Part shown: piece after piece, positions 11,392 through 23,300 of the stretch
Layout: every line of letters starts with the position of its first letter
Numbering within the stretch: the first letter of the stretch is position 1
From: Dimorphilus gyrociliatus
Lineage: Eukaryota; Animalia; Annelida
Length of the DNA stretch: 64,000 nt
Assembly (NCBI GenBank): GCA_904063045.1
Contig: CAJFCJ010000009.1
Coordinates: 104,942 to 168,941, forward strand
Direction: 5' to 3'
The notes under the pieces: model-generated
The model's database searches: none
What the model was told of the DNA's origin: nothing
The model's input: only the letters and a program-made list of their open reading frames with translations
Translations under genes and position numbers: made by a program

Positions 11392-14300
11392 TTAGGCAAA
11401 TCTAACTTCTTTGATGGAATTCAAGGCAGCTTGATGCTCTTGTAATTCCTTTTCCGATTGAATGATTTGCTCATTCATTCGTTCTACTTTGAGTATTGTT
11501 GAAGATAATTCCTCTTTCAATTTCGATAATTTGGCCAGGTTCTCTTTATTCTTCTTTGGTCCTTTATCTTTACCAGCGAGTTTCTTTTGTCTTTCTATTT
11601 CCTCTTCGGTTTCTGCTATTTTATCTTTCAAATTAACGAGTTTGCTAGTTTCGGTTGCGTAGGAAGCGTTCAAATCATCAACGTTAGTTTGGGCTTCATT
11701 AACATTTTCTTGTAATAGATGCTTATGGGAAGTGGGAGGCTGTCCAGCAGGCCCTTCTTCAGCACTAGCATTTACAAACTTTTGCCAAAGAGCGTGTCCA
11801 GTCAAATTCGATATTATGCTTGGATCTGGTAGTAATCTTCTGGTTAATACACTATCACCAACCAATTTTGGAGCGCCAAATTTAGCCAGATCCATTTTGC
11901 CTTCAACATCGCCCAAGAAATTTCGAAGTTTAGAGTTAGATGCAAAGTCGTTGTAGCGAAGTAGACGTTCCTTAATCATTTCTGGTTCGAAAGATATACC
12001 CTTAGCATCAGTTGCCGGTAAGACTCGAGAGTCAATTAAACCATCCACAACATTAGCCTTTTCGTTCTCAGTTTGAGCCTCTCCGAATAGCGAAGATAGC
12101 ATATTCTTTGCCGATTGTTTATCGCATGAAAGAGTTCCCTCAGTTCTATATCTTGCAAAGAAGAGATCATCGCAAACCACAGAAAGTGCTCTGTATAATT
12201 CTTCAGAGAATTGGGCGTTAGTGTCATCTCTTAAGTCACCAGATTTGATGTGAGCCATAGTATGAACAAGAACGAGAACAAATTGACCAACGCAATCAGT
12301 GCGATCAGCTCTCATGTAAAGGATATGATTATGAGCGTCGTATTGGAAGCTGTTTCTGTAGGCGTTTCTTTCAAGATGCTTATTTGGTGGAATCTTATCA
12401 GCAAGTAGAAGAGTTACCGATGGATGTTGACAATGGGCGGATAAAAGATCAACAACGAAACAACCAAATTTGTAAACGATGAAGGTTCGTCCATCAACCT
12501 TGTTCAAATCCAATGGTATCAATTTATCGTCCTTAGTCCAGCCGGCATCCCTATGATCTATGTATGCATCACCATCCTTCTTCTTGCTGCGTCCAATTCC
12601 TGATTGATTAACTTGACGCTTAATCTTTTCCAATTTCTGGTATAATGGCGAAGCCATTAGCATAGCTGTAAGTTCGGCTTCATCCAGAGGTGGTAACATA
12701 GCAAACGACTGAGGCATGTCTGCTGTTGGTCTTATCGGTTGGGAAGCAGTAACAACAGGATTTACAGGTTGAGCCAAGGCTGCTTGTTGGTGTTCTTGAT
12801 GTTGTACTTTAGGTTGATTCAAACTCAATGCTGGAGGAGTAGCCATTAATGGATCAGAATTCAAACACTCTTTAAGAGTCAGAGCTTCATCTGCCTTTAA
12901 TCTGTTCAGTTCGCTTCTTTGTTTTTCTGCTAACTCTCTCTTTCTATCACGTTGGTCCATTTCCATGTCGGCGGAATTCTTCTTTTCCCTTTCTTGTCGT
13001 CTCTTGGCTAAACGCTCTTCCAAGTTTGTTTGCATTCTTAGTTTATCAGCTTCCATCTTATTCATTAACATTTGAAGGTCTTTCTGGTATTTGGAAACAA
13101 GTTCATCTTGATCTTGTTGAGAAGCTCCTGATGCCTTTAGTTTCTCTAATTCATTCTGCATTTTCGCCTTGTTCTCGCGCGCTAACTCTTCTTTCCTAGC
13201 TTCGAGAAGTTCAATGTTCTTTTTGTATTTTGATCTTTCATTGGCAAGGTCCTTATCTAGACTTGCCTGGAAGGATACCATATCGCTTTGATTTCTCTTT
13301 CTTTGCTCTTCTTCAAATTCGGCTTGTTCCTTTCGTAATTCGTGTTCTCGTTTCTTTCTTTCAGCATCCAATTTCTTTTGAACCTCTTGCAGTTGTTTAG
13401 CTGCTCTTTCAGCCTCTGCAGCACTCTTATGTTTAGGTGAGAAACCTTTTAGAGCATTCGCAAATTCTTTATAATGTTTCTCTTTTAAGTCTAATTTGGC
13501 TCTAGCAAATCTCACTTCCCAGTCGATTAAAGCGTTATCCTTGATTTTCTTTTCATCTTCAGTGAGTTGTTTATCCAAATCAGCGATTTCCATGGCTTGT
13601 TTATGCAATAATTGAGAGAGTAGTGCTTGTTTCTCTTCAGCCGGTAAGTTCTGACGCTGTTTAAATGTGAAAGGTGAAAGGAAGAGTAAATGAAATTTGT
13701 ATTAGGAAAACTCACTTCCAATTGTTCAAGTTCGTTAGCGTGCTTCCTTTGAAGATCTTCTCGTTTCTTTTCAAATTTACCGTGCAATTTGGCCAGGGCA
13801 TCATCAACCATAATCTAAATACGAATAGAAATATAAATATTAGGGCAATAAAGACAAATATAAGAATTTATTGAAAAATTACCTTCTTTTCAGCACTGAA
13901 TCGTTTCTCAAGATCTCTTGTCTCCTGTGCGTGACGCTTAGCGAGAACTGATTGTACAACCTTATCAGCATCTTCGATACCGTTTTCTCTAATTCCATTT
14001 TCGATTGCCTTTTGTTCAGATTCCTTAGCCTGAAAGATATAAATAATAATCAATCAGAGAACTAATATCGTATTTATTATTTTTTGACCTGTTTTGATTT
14101 AACTTCATCTAATTCCTTTTGTTGAGTTAGCATTTCCTTTGTTAATTGAACTTCGTGCTTACGTTTCATTTGTTCTAGTTGACGTTTTCTCTTTTGAGCT
14201 AGTTTCTCCCTTAATTGAAGTTGTTGTTTCTGGTGACCAGCTTCAATTTTCTCTGATAAGTTGGCTAATTCACGTTCGTGCATGGCTTTCAACTGTACAA

Positions 14301-17300
14301 TAACAAAAGTTAGTAAAAATTTATGAGATTTTTAAACGAACTTACAGCAGCTAGTTCTTCACTGCTCATTCCCTGTCTCGCAGATAATTCAGCAGCTTGC
14401 TTATTTCGTTTCTCTTTGAGTATTTGATCCTTTTCATCCTTCTGTTTTTGAAGGAGTGCTGTTTCTTCTTGTTTCGAACCGGCATCAATCTTTTTCAGAA
14501 GCTGTTCAGCTTCTTGATCGTGTCTCTTCTTCATTTCGGATTTTGAGGTGTCATGACGTTTCTTCAAGGCTCTTTCCTCGCCACTTTCCGGTAAGGAAGA
14601 GATGCTTGGTGGTGTGAATGTTGAATCTTCGGTGTTGTCTGAAACTGGACCCTTCATTTGTCTTGCTTGTTCGTCGATAAATCTTTGAGCAGCCTGTTCT
14701 TCATTTTGACGATCAGCCTCCTCTAATTTACGAGCTTTCCTTGCGCTGAGTTTGGCTTTCAATTCGATGAATTGGAGTTCGCGGTTTCTGGTCATTTCAT
14801 CCTCAGCTGCGAGAACATCACTTCTGAAAGAATCTAAAAGTTTCTGTTGGGCTAGAGAATCCATTTTGGCATTTTCCAAAAGCATGTCGTGGAGTTCTCT
14901 TACACTTCCTAAGTGCTCTTCGTTCAAGCTCTTTCCTAGTTGTCTTTTGTGTTCAGCTTCAACGGCCTCTATTTCTGCTACCAAGGAATTTCGTTCGTGT
15001 TCATGGCGACGATCGATTTCGGTCATCAGTGCTTCAAGTTCTTCGTGTTTGCCTTCTTGGAGGAGTTGACTAGATATTTCTCGTTTTTCTCTTTCTTGCT
15101 CCTCTCTTAGGTTTTCCAATTGCCTCTGACGACGGGCTGCGAGTCGTGCATGTAGAGCTTGTTCTTGTTTGGTGCGTCTGTCGGATATTGTGGCTTCTAT
15201 AGCCTTTTCTTGTTCAGCCTGTTTTCTGAGAATATTATCGGCTTCTTCAGGACTTAAACTACCGTTACTTCTACCGTTTTCTACGTGTTCTATGAAAAAT
15301 TCGCTCATTCTTTCTCTTAATTTATTACTAGCAGAGTTGTCAGCTTCAAGTGAGGCATTAGCTATTCCTGCATCATCCTCTAATATTGCTTCTTGGAGAA
15401 GAGATTCATGAAGTTTTATATGGTTCAAACTGTTATCTATGGGTTCGACGGGTCTTGGTATACCAGCTCTATCTGCTTCATCGCCATGTTTCTCACGGAG
15501 ATTGTCAACTTTGTTCTTTCTTCTCTCAGCTAGTTTCCTTCTAAGAGCTGCGCACTGCTTTTCTCTATCTGCAGCCTGTCTATTCATAAGATCGGCTAGA
15601 CTAGCATCGTGTATATTCATAAGAGCAGCTATTTCAGCTTCTGTCATGTCTCCTTGCAGTTTGTCAGAAAATTTATCACTAAGTTTCGAAATGTCACGTT
15701 GTGCCTTTTCATCTAGTTCTTGAAGAAGAGATTCCATCGATCTAATTTCTTCTTGATTCAAACCTCTTTCAAGTTCTAATCTTTCGGCGTTCTGTCTTCT
15801 TAGTAGTTCATTACCTCCCTTTATTTCGACTCGACCCTTTTGTACTATGGTTGAGCCGCCTGTAAGTGTTGTGTGTTCACCTCTCTTCGCTGCATCAATC
15901 ATTTCCTTCGATATGGGTATGTGACCGTTATTTAACTTGTCAAGGAGCATTTGTAGGGCAAGCATCAGTTCCTGTTCTCTTCCTATACCTCCAGTAAGTT
16001 TGTAGTGCCTGTGAATATCTGATGATTTACCATGAACATCAACAACAGTGGGCCCTCTTTCATCCATTTTGTTAAAGATTTCGGCGCCGTCGGCTGCTGT
16101 TCTTTGAGCATCCTCCTTTCGTTGTTTTTCAAGTTCTTCTAGATGTTCCATATCAAGGTTATTCAGCATAGTCTTCAAGGTATCATTTTGATCGTTAATC
16201 TTGTCATAGAAAGATTGCAAGTCCTGTTGGTGACGAGCGAGCTGGGCAGCTAAATGCAAATTCTGGTCTTCAAGTTTATCGAAAAGTACGCGAACATTGA
16301 AATTTTCCAATTCTTCTTCCTTCTTCCACGCAATTCCTGAAGCATCTTCTTCAGCTCCATCTCCACTCGAACGTTGTGCAATTGCTTTTGTTTGCTCTGG
16401 CCAATGATCCTCGTCGAATCTGACGTACATTGGGACTGGTGGTGGAGCTCCTAAACTACGGTATTTCGGTTTCCAGTGTTTCAATGGATAGATGCCTGCG
16501 TGTCTTGGTCTCCATACGATGACAGCTACAACAAGCATAAGTACACATGCTGCAAAGAAACATACAAGACCGATTATCAATCCCCAGTCAGGTGCTGTGT
16601 TTACATCTTGACTCTTTTTGATTCCAGATTGAACTAGGTTTTGTGGCGAAGATGATTGGATTCTTGCTTGATCTGTTGGGCAAGAGGATCCTACTTTCTT
16701 TACAGTGATTACTACTTCCCTGGAAGGATCCTGGGAGTCAGCAAACACGTAGGTTCCATCCTCAGAAAAGACAAAGGCGAAAGAATTGTAAGTAACATTT
16801 GTTTTCGTAATGTAATATTCAAGTTGTCTAAAATCACCGTAATCGAATTGAGCATTCGTGTTCCATAAATGAGATTTAAGGTAAACTGGATAATGAGACT
16901 TGGTTCTATCATTCTTATCAATAAAGACTCTAAATATCACCATTTCTTCTACTTCAAGACAAACTAATGGGTTAGGTATTTCAGATGTTCCATCAGTAAG
17001 TCCAGTTTGTGACTGTAGCAATCTTCTTCTGCCAGACACAGCACTAGAATATGAGTTCAATGCACGATTTAAACTGTTAAGAAGTTCTGATGTCTTTTTA
17101 TAAATAACACCGGCAACTCTATCAGGCCAGAAGTTGCAAACTTGTATCTTCTTTTCGGTATTTATTTGGTTAGCTCTTGGTGCGAATAAATTCTTGATTA
17201 CTAATTTCGTTTTGGTTCCTGATGCTGGGTCTGTGGTTGTCACTCTAGCAGTACCATCTGCCGTGAACTTCAATGTGGTCTTTGGCATTTCATTCTTTAC

Positions 17301-20300
17301 GCAATTTGCATTACAAATCTCCTGTGCACTTGTGTATTTATCACAAACGCATTTTCCACTATCTGATAATCTTCCTTTGGAACCGTAACACGATGATGTA
17401 CAGTCAAAAGTATTGGGATCTTTGCATAATCCATTACCAGCAACTCTAATTTGGTTTGAGGGACATCTGTCTCTCACTAGTCTTTGGCAATCAGTGTCAC
17501 CGTCTTGATCAGTTTGACTTTGGTCAGCTTCATCATAATATTGATAACCTCCTTCACATATGCACCAACCATCGGATGGTCTAAAGTAACGAAATTTACC
17601 AACGCACGTACATAGCAACGCTCCTACGTCTGATGAACTTGAACTACCGCATGGGAAGCATGCAGCCTTTCCTACTTGATCATTATAGGTATCTTTTGGA
17701 CATTTTTTACAATCTGAAAGAGATGTAGCTCTTTCATTTTTGCCGTAGGCACCTGCCGCGCACGCTTGAGCTTCCCCTGATCCTCTTGGACAATAGTGAC
17801 CTTTCGGGCAAGGATAGGTATTTCCATTTCCAGTCATTATTGGACAGTAGTATCCAGCTGGACAGATTTGGCAGAGAGCTCGTTGTGAATGATTGCCGTA
17901 AGTTCCCGGAGGACAAACTGAGCAAGAGTGATTTAGAGTTGTTCTTAGGCCGGAAACATTCTTTGCCATATATCCCAAAGGACATACAAGTGTCATGTTG
18001 CTACCTTCAGGACAATAATGTGGCCATTTGCAAGGGAAGGGAGTTGATCCTGTTGCATTTGGACAATAATAGCCAGCAGGACAGATCGGAGAATCTCCCG
18101 TTACTGGTCCGCAATAGTGCCCAGGTCTACATTCGTTTGGTAGTGGACTTCCCAGTGGACATTCGAATTTTTCCTGACAGGGTATTCCACGAGTGTTTGC
18201 TGTGTCGTTTGGACAGAAGAATCCTGCTCGGCAGAGGGGACAGTCTGTGTAATTTCCTGCTCCAGGGCTTGGTCTCATACGACCAGCAGGACATAGTGAA
18301 GGCTCGCTAGCTTCTGAGCAATAATGTCCTATCGGGCACGGGTTAACTCTATAATTACTGATTCCAGTTGTATTACACCAGTATCCAGATGGACATGGCA
18401 TACAATCTGTCAAATTTGAACCATATTCAACTTCTCTGTAATGAAGTCTTGGACATTTGATAGGTCCGAGACCCTCCGGGCAGTAGTTTCCTCTTGGACA
18501 AGGAGTAGGAGATGAGTCTCCAGCATGGCACCAGTAGCCTGCTGGACAAGGTAGACAATCGTTCACATGTCTAGCACCGACATCCGTATGTAAAGTATGT
18601 TCTGGACATGGTACTGGGTCTGTTGTTCCTTCCGGACAGAATGAACCACCAGGACAAGGACCGGCGCAAACAGTATTAGGTGTGCATGGGTTGTTTATCG
18701 GATCTGCTGAAGGTGGAGTGCCTGCTGGTGTAAAATCATCGGATCCAGATAGGCAGAAGTATCCAGCTGAACAATCGCCACTGACATAACCTCCTCTGCA
18801 GTACTTTCCAGCTGGGCATGGTAAACATTCTTCAGCTTTTTGCAGTTTATAAGTGTCATTAGTCGTATGTGTTCCATTTGGACACTGCGTAGGAACAGAT
18901 GATCCAAGAGGACAGTAATTGAATGGCGTACAAGGTTCAGGGTTTGGATTAGTGTTCGATTTACAATAATAACCAGCTGGACAAGGTACACAAGCCCATT
19001 GTCCTTCATCAGGTTGTGATTCTCCAGCAGGACAGCTTTCTGGAACAGAAGACCCTTCAATACAGAAGTGACCCGGAGGACATTTCAAATGGTTCGGGTT
19101 GGGAACACTAGTTTGTTCTCCCGGGCAATAATAGCCTCGTTGACACTTTGCAGTTGGGGCATCCAAACCATCCCTCTCGCAATAATATCCAGGTGTACAA
19201 TTAGAGCAGTCTTGCAAAGCTTTTCCTAGAGTTGTATTTCGTAAAGTACCCACTGGGCATGGTACTTGATAAGATGTTCCTTGAGGACAATAATGTCCTG
19301 GTTTGCAAGGACCATTGTCTGGGAAAAGTGCATTTGGAGTTATTGGAACCTTATCCTTAGCTCCTCCTTGACAGTATTGACCAGCTTCGCATTCACCTGA
19401 GGGAATAATATTTCCTACACCTTGGCAATAATGCCCAACAGCGCACCAAGTACATTCAACCGGGGCTTTCAAACCGGTTTTATTGTTGAAAGTTGATTCT
19501 GGACAAGGCTGTGGTGGAGTACCGGCTGGACAATAATGGCCTTCTTTGCAGGGTACGGGGGTTGTCATGTTGGTCTTATCGCACATTAAGCCTGCTAAAC
19601 ATTCGGTACAATTTGACTGGCCATATTTATCATTAAACGTTCCGATTGCACAGCCACGCTCAAATGATGAGCCAAGAGGACAGTAGAAACCGGGATTACA
19701 TATAAAACCATCTGTACCATTGTTTGGTTTTGATGTTTTACTTCCGGATAAACAAACATATCCCGGATCACATGGTGGAGGTCCAGCTGGATCAATGAAA
19801 CCTTTAGATGGGCAGTATCTTCCTGGTGGACATAGAGCGCATCCATCTATTTTCATAACACCTTCATTTAAACTATAGGTGCCAGCCGGGCAAGCGACTG
19901 GGTAGGTAGTTCCATTTGTACAGTAGTGACCTTGTGGACAGGCGTCATTTCCAGTAAAGATTCCTAATGCTGTCTGTGCTGGATCAACGTTATGATTTTG
20001 AGGTGCTGGAACACTTGCTCCTCCGGTACAGTAATAGCCAGCATAACATTGTCCTGTTGGTGTTGAGAGTCCAGGAGTTTCGCAGTAGTATCCTGCTGTA
20101 CATGCTGTACAATTTTCCTCTGATTGATAATTTGTTACAGGTGCAAAAGTACCAGGCGGGCAAGGGAAAGAAGTGTTTAGGCCTGTTCCAGTTGGACAAT
20201 AGTGGCCAACTGGACACGGAGATGGATCAATTACAGCTTGACCTGGAGTTGGATCACAATAATATCCTGAAGGACATACATCACATTGAGCACGTCCTTC

Positions 20301-23300
20301 GTCATGTTGATATGTTCCATTTCTACAAACTTCAGGAACTGCTGTACCGACAGGACAGTAGTGTCCTTTCCAACATTTCAAGTCAATCGGTGTAGGAGTA
20401 TCTTGTCCACTAGGGCAGTAGAAACCAGGAGCGCAGGGTCCATCTGGTTCTTCGTTTCCATCTCCTTCGCAGTAGTTACCAGCTGTACAATTGAGACAGT
20501 CGCTTACTTGACTGTTCTTTGTATTATTTGCGAAAGTTCCAGCTGGACAAGGAACTGGATGGGGAGATCCAATTGGGCAATAATGTCCCATTGGGCAAAT
20601 ATGTTGGTCTGGAAGAGCGCTAGTGTGATTGCAATAGAATCCGGCTGAACAATTTCCAGTTGGTTCTGAAAGACCGGGGTTTTCGCAATATTTTCCACCA
20701 GGACATGGAAGAGGTTTCAGTGAAGCAGTTGGACAATAATATCCAGGTGGACAAACTCCTCCGGTGGTCATATGGAAAGCTGGACAAGTACAGGACCATA
20801 GTGGGAAGCAAGTATTGTTTGATGAAAGAGATGATGCAGAACCATTACCACTAAGAGTTCCAAGATCGAAAGGTCTCTTGTTAAATGATCCAGCTGTGCA
20901 GAAGAATCCTTCGTCGCAAACTCCATCAGGTATAGTATTAGCCGTTCCAGCGCAATAGTGTCCTGGTAGACAAGGTTTGCAACTAGTCATATTTGAAGCT
21001 CCAGTATCGTTGTTATAGGTGCCTTCTGGGCAAGAATTTTGATTGGCAAATTCAGTGCCTTCAGGACATATGTAACCAGTTGGACAGATGATGGGAACGA
21101 CTGTCGCATTTTCGCAGTAATACCCTCCTGGGCATGGCAAGCACGAAGCTAAACCTTGATTTGGAGCATATTTTCCGGGTGGACATGGTGATGGGAAAGT
21201 TGAATTTTCAGGACATTCGTTTCCTGCAGAACATCTGCCTCCGATACCTGTGAAAGGTACTCCAGATTGTGGGTTGGTAATATTCACTCCTTGTGTACAA
21301 TAAAATCCTGCAGAACAGCCTCCAGTTGGAGCGGGTAGTCCAAGTACATCGCAAAAGTATCCACCTCTGCAAAGACTACAGTCTGTTTCTTTCGATAGCT
21401 TAGGTGTGGCTCCAAACGTTCCTAGAAAGCAAATATGGTATGGTAAGAAAAATATTCAAATATTGAAAAACCAAAAAAATTACCGATTGGACAAGGTAAA
21501 AATCCTGCTCCAGTTCCTCTCGGACAATATGATCCTTGGGGACAAGGATCAGCTCTATCTCTATTGGTACAATAGAATCCCTCAGGGCATTCGTAGCACT
21601 CCGGAGCTCCAGTATGGTTCATGTATGTTCCATTATTGCAGGGAATAGGTTTACCACTTCCAATAGGACAATAATGACCTATTGGGCAAATGCTTCCTGT
21701 TATATTGTCCGTTGGATTTGACTCCAAAGCCCCACTTGTACAATAATAACCAGCCGAGCACAAGTCTGTAACATTTGAACGACCTGGCAGTAAGCAATAG
21801 TTTCCAGGTTCGCAAGGTATACAATCGGTGGATATTGATTTTCCTTTGACAGGTTGGTATGTTCCTCTAGGGCAAGGAGTGGGTGTCGGGACTCCTTCTG
21901 GGCAAAAGTGACCATCAGGACAAAGATATCCCCATGTTTCATTTATTGGATTATTAGCAAGAGCTCCCAATTCACAATAATGTCCAGCAGTGCATTTGCC
22001 GAATGGTGCTGTTAAACCAGTCACTGGACAATACCATCCAGGATCACAACGGGGACATTCTGAAGCTGACCTTAAGCCAGTGGTGTTGCCATAGCTTCCA
22101 ATTGGACATTTAGTGCCTGTGTGAGATCCTAGTGGACAGTAGAATCCCATTGGACATATATCGCCAGTTGATCCATCTTCTGGTGTCGACTCATTCGCTT
22201 TTCTTGAGCAGTAGAAGCCAGCTAAGCACTCATCTGTTGGTTCAGTTTGTCCTGGTAAGAAGCAGTATTTTCCTGGTAAACAGTCGTAACACTCTGATTG
22301 TTGAGTAAGTTGTGTGACATTGCTCCAAGTTCCAGGTTTGCAGGGATTTTGTTTTGCAAATTCAGTTTGTAATGGACAATAATAACCTGCAGGACAATCT
22401 TTTGGATAAATAATACCAGTAACGTTCGCTAATTCGTGAGGATCACAATATTTTCCTGTTGGGCATGGGTCACATGTTGGTTTTCCTTCTGATGGTTGAT
22501 AGAAGCCTCTGGCACAAGGTATTGGAGAAGGACTACCTTCTGGACAGCGGAAGCCTTTTGGACAGATGTATTCTGCTGGTGAATTGGTTGTCATATTTCC
22601 TGGACAATAAAATCCATCGGCGCAAGGGCCAGTTTCTTTGGTTAGTCTAGTTCCGCTGCAGTAGAATCCTGGAGTACAAGGTAAACAATTTTCCAGTTCT
22701 GTGTTGCCTGAGGTATTTGTAAACGTTCCGTTGGGGCAGGCTGTTGGTATTGGGGATCCTTCCGGACAATAATGTCCAGTCAAACAGACGAATTCTGATG
22801 GATTTTTAACTTTTTGACCAATTGGGCAATAGAAACCTGGTTGACATAAACCGGATGGTAGGGCAAGCTCTGGTTGTTCGCAATAAGATCCAGCATCGCA
22901 TTTGATGGGAGCTGGTGAACCACTTGGACAATAAGTTCCTGGCAAACATTTGCTTCCCGTGTAATTAAATGCGGGGCAAGTACACGTGTTATCAATAACA
23001 GTGACATTGCCTTCGGCAGTTGGTTTGTTTGACCAAGCACCTCCAATACAATACCATCCAGCACTGCAATTACCACTCGGATTTTCTAAACCTTCAGATC
23101 CACAATATTTTCCAGGTAAGCACAATTTACATGCAGCATTTGCTTGTCGTGCAGTTAAGTCGTTGAAAGTTCCAGCCGGACATTTAAATTCAATATCATA
23201 TTTGGTTCCTTGAGGACAGTAATGACCAGTTGGGCAAGGGAAATCGAAAGGATTTGTTGTATTTACTGTGCAATAGTAGCCAGTTGGACATGGTTCACAT

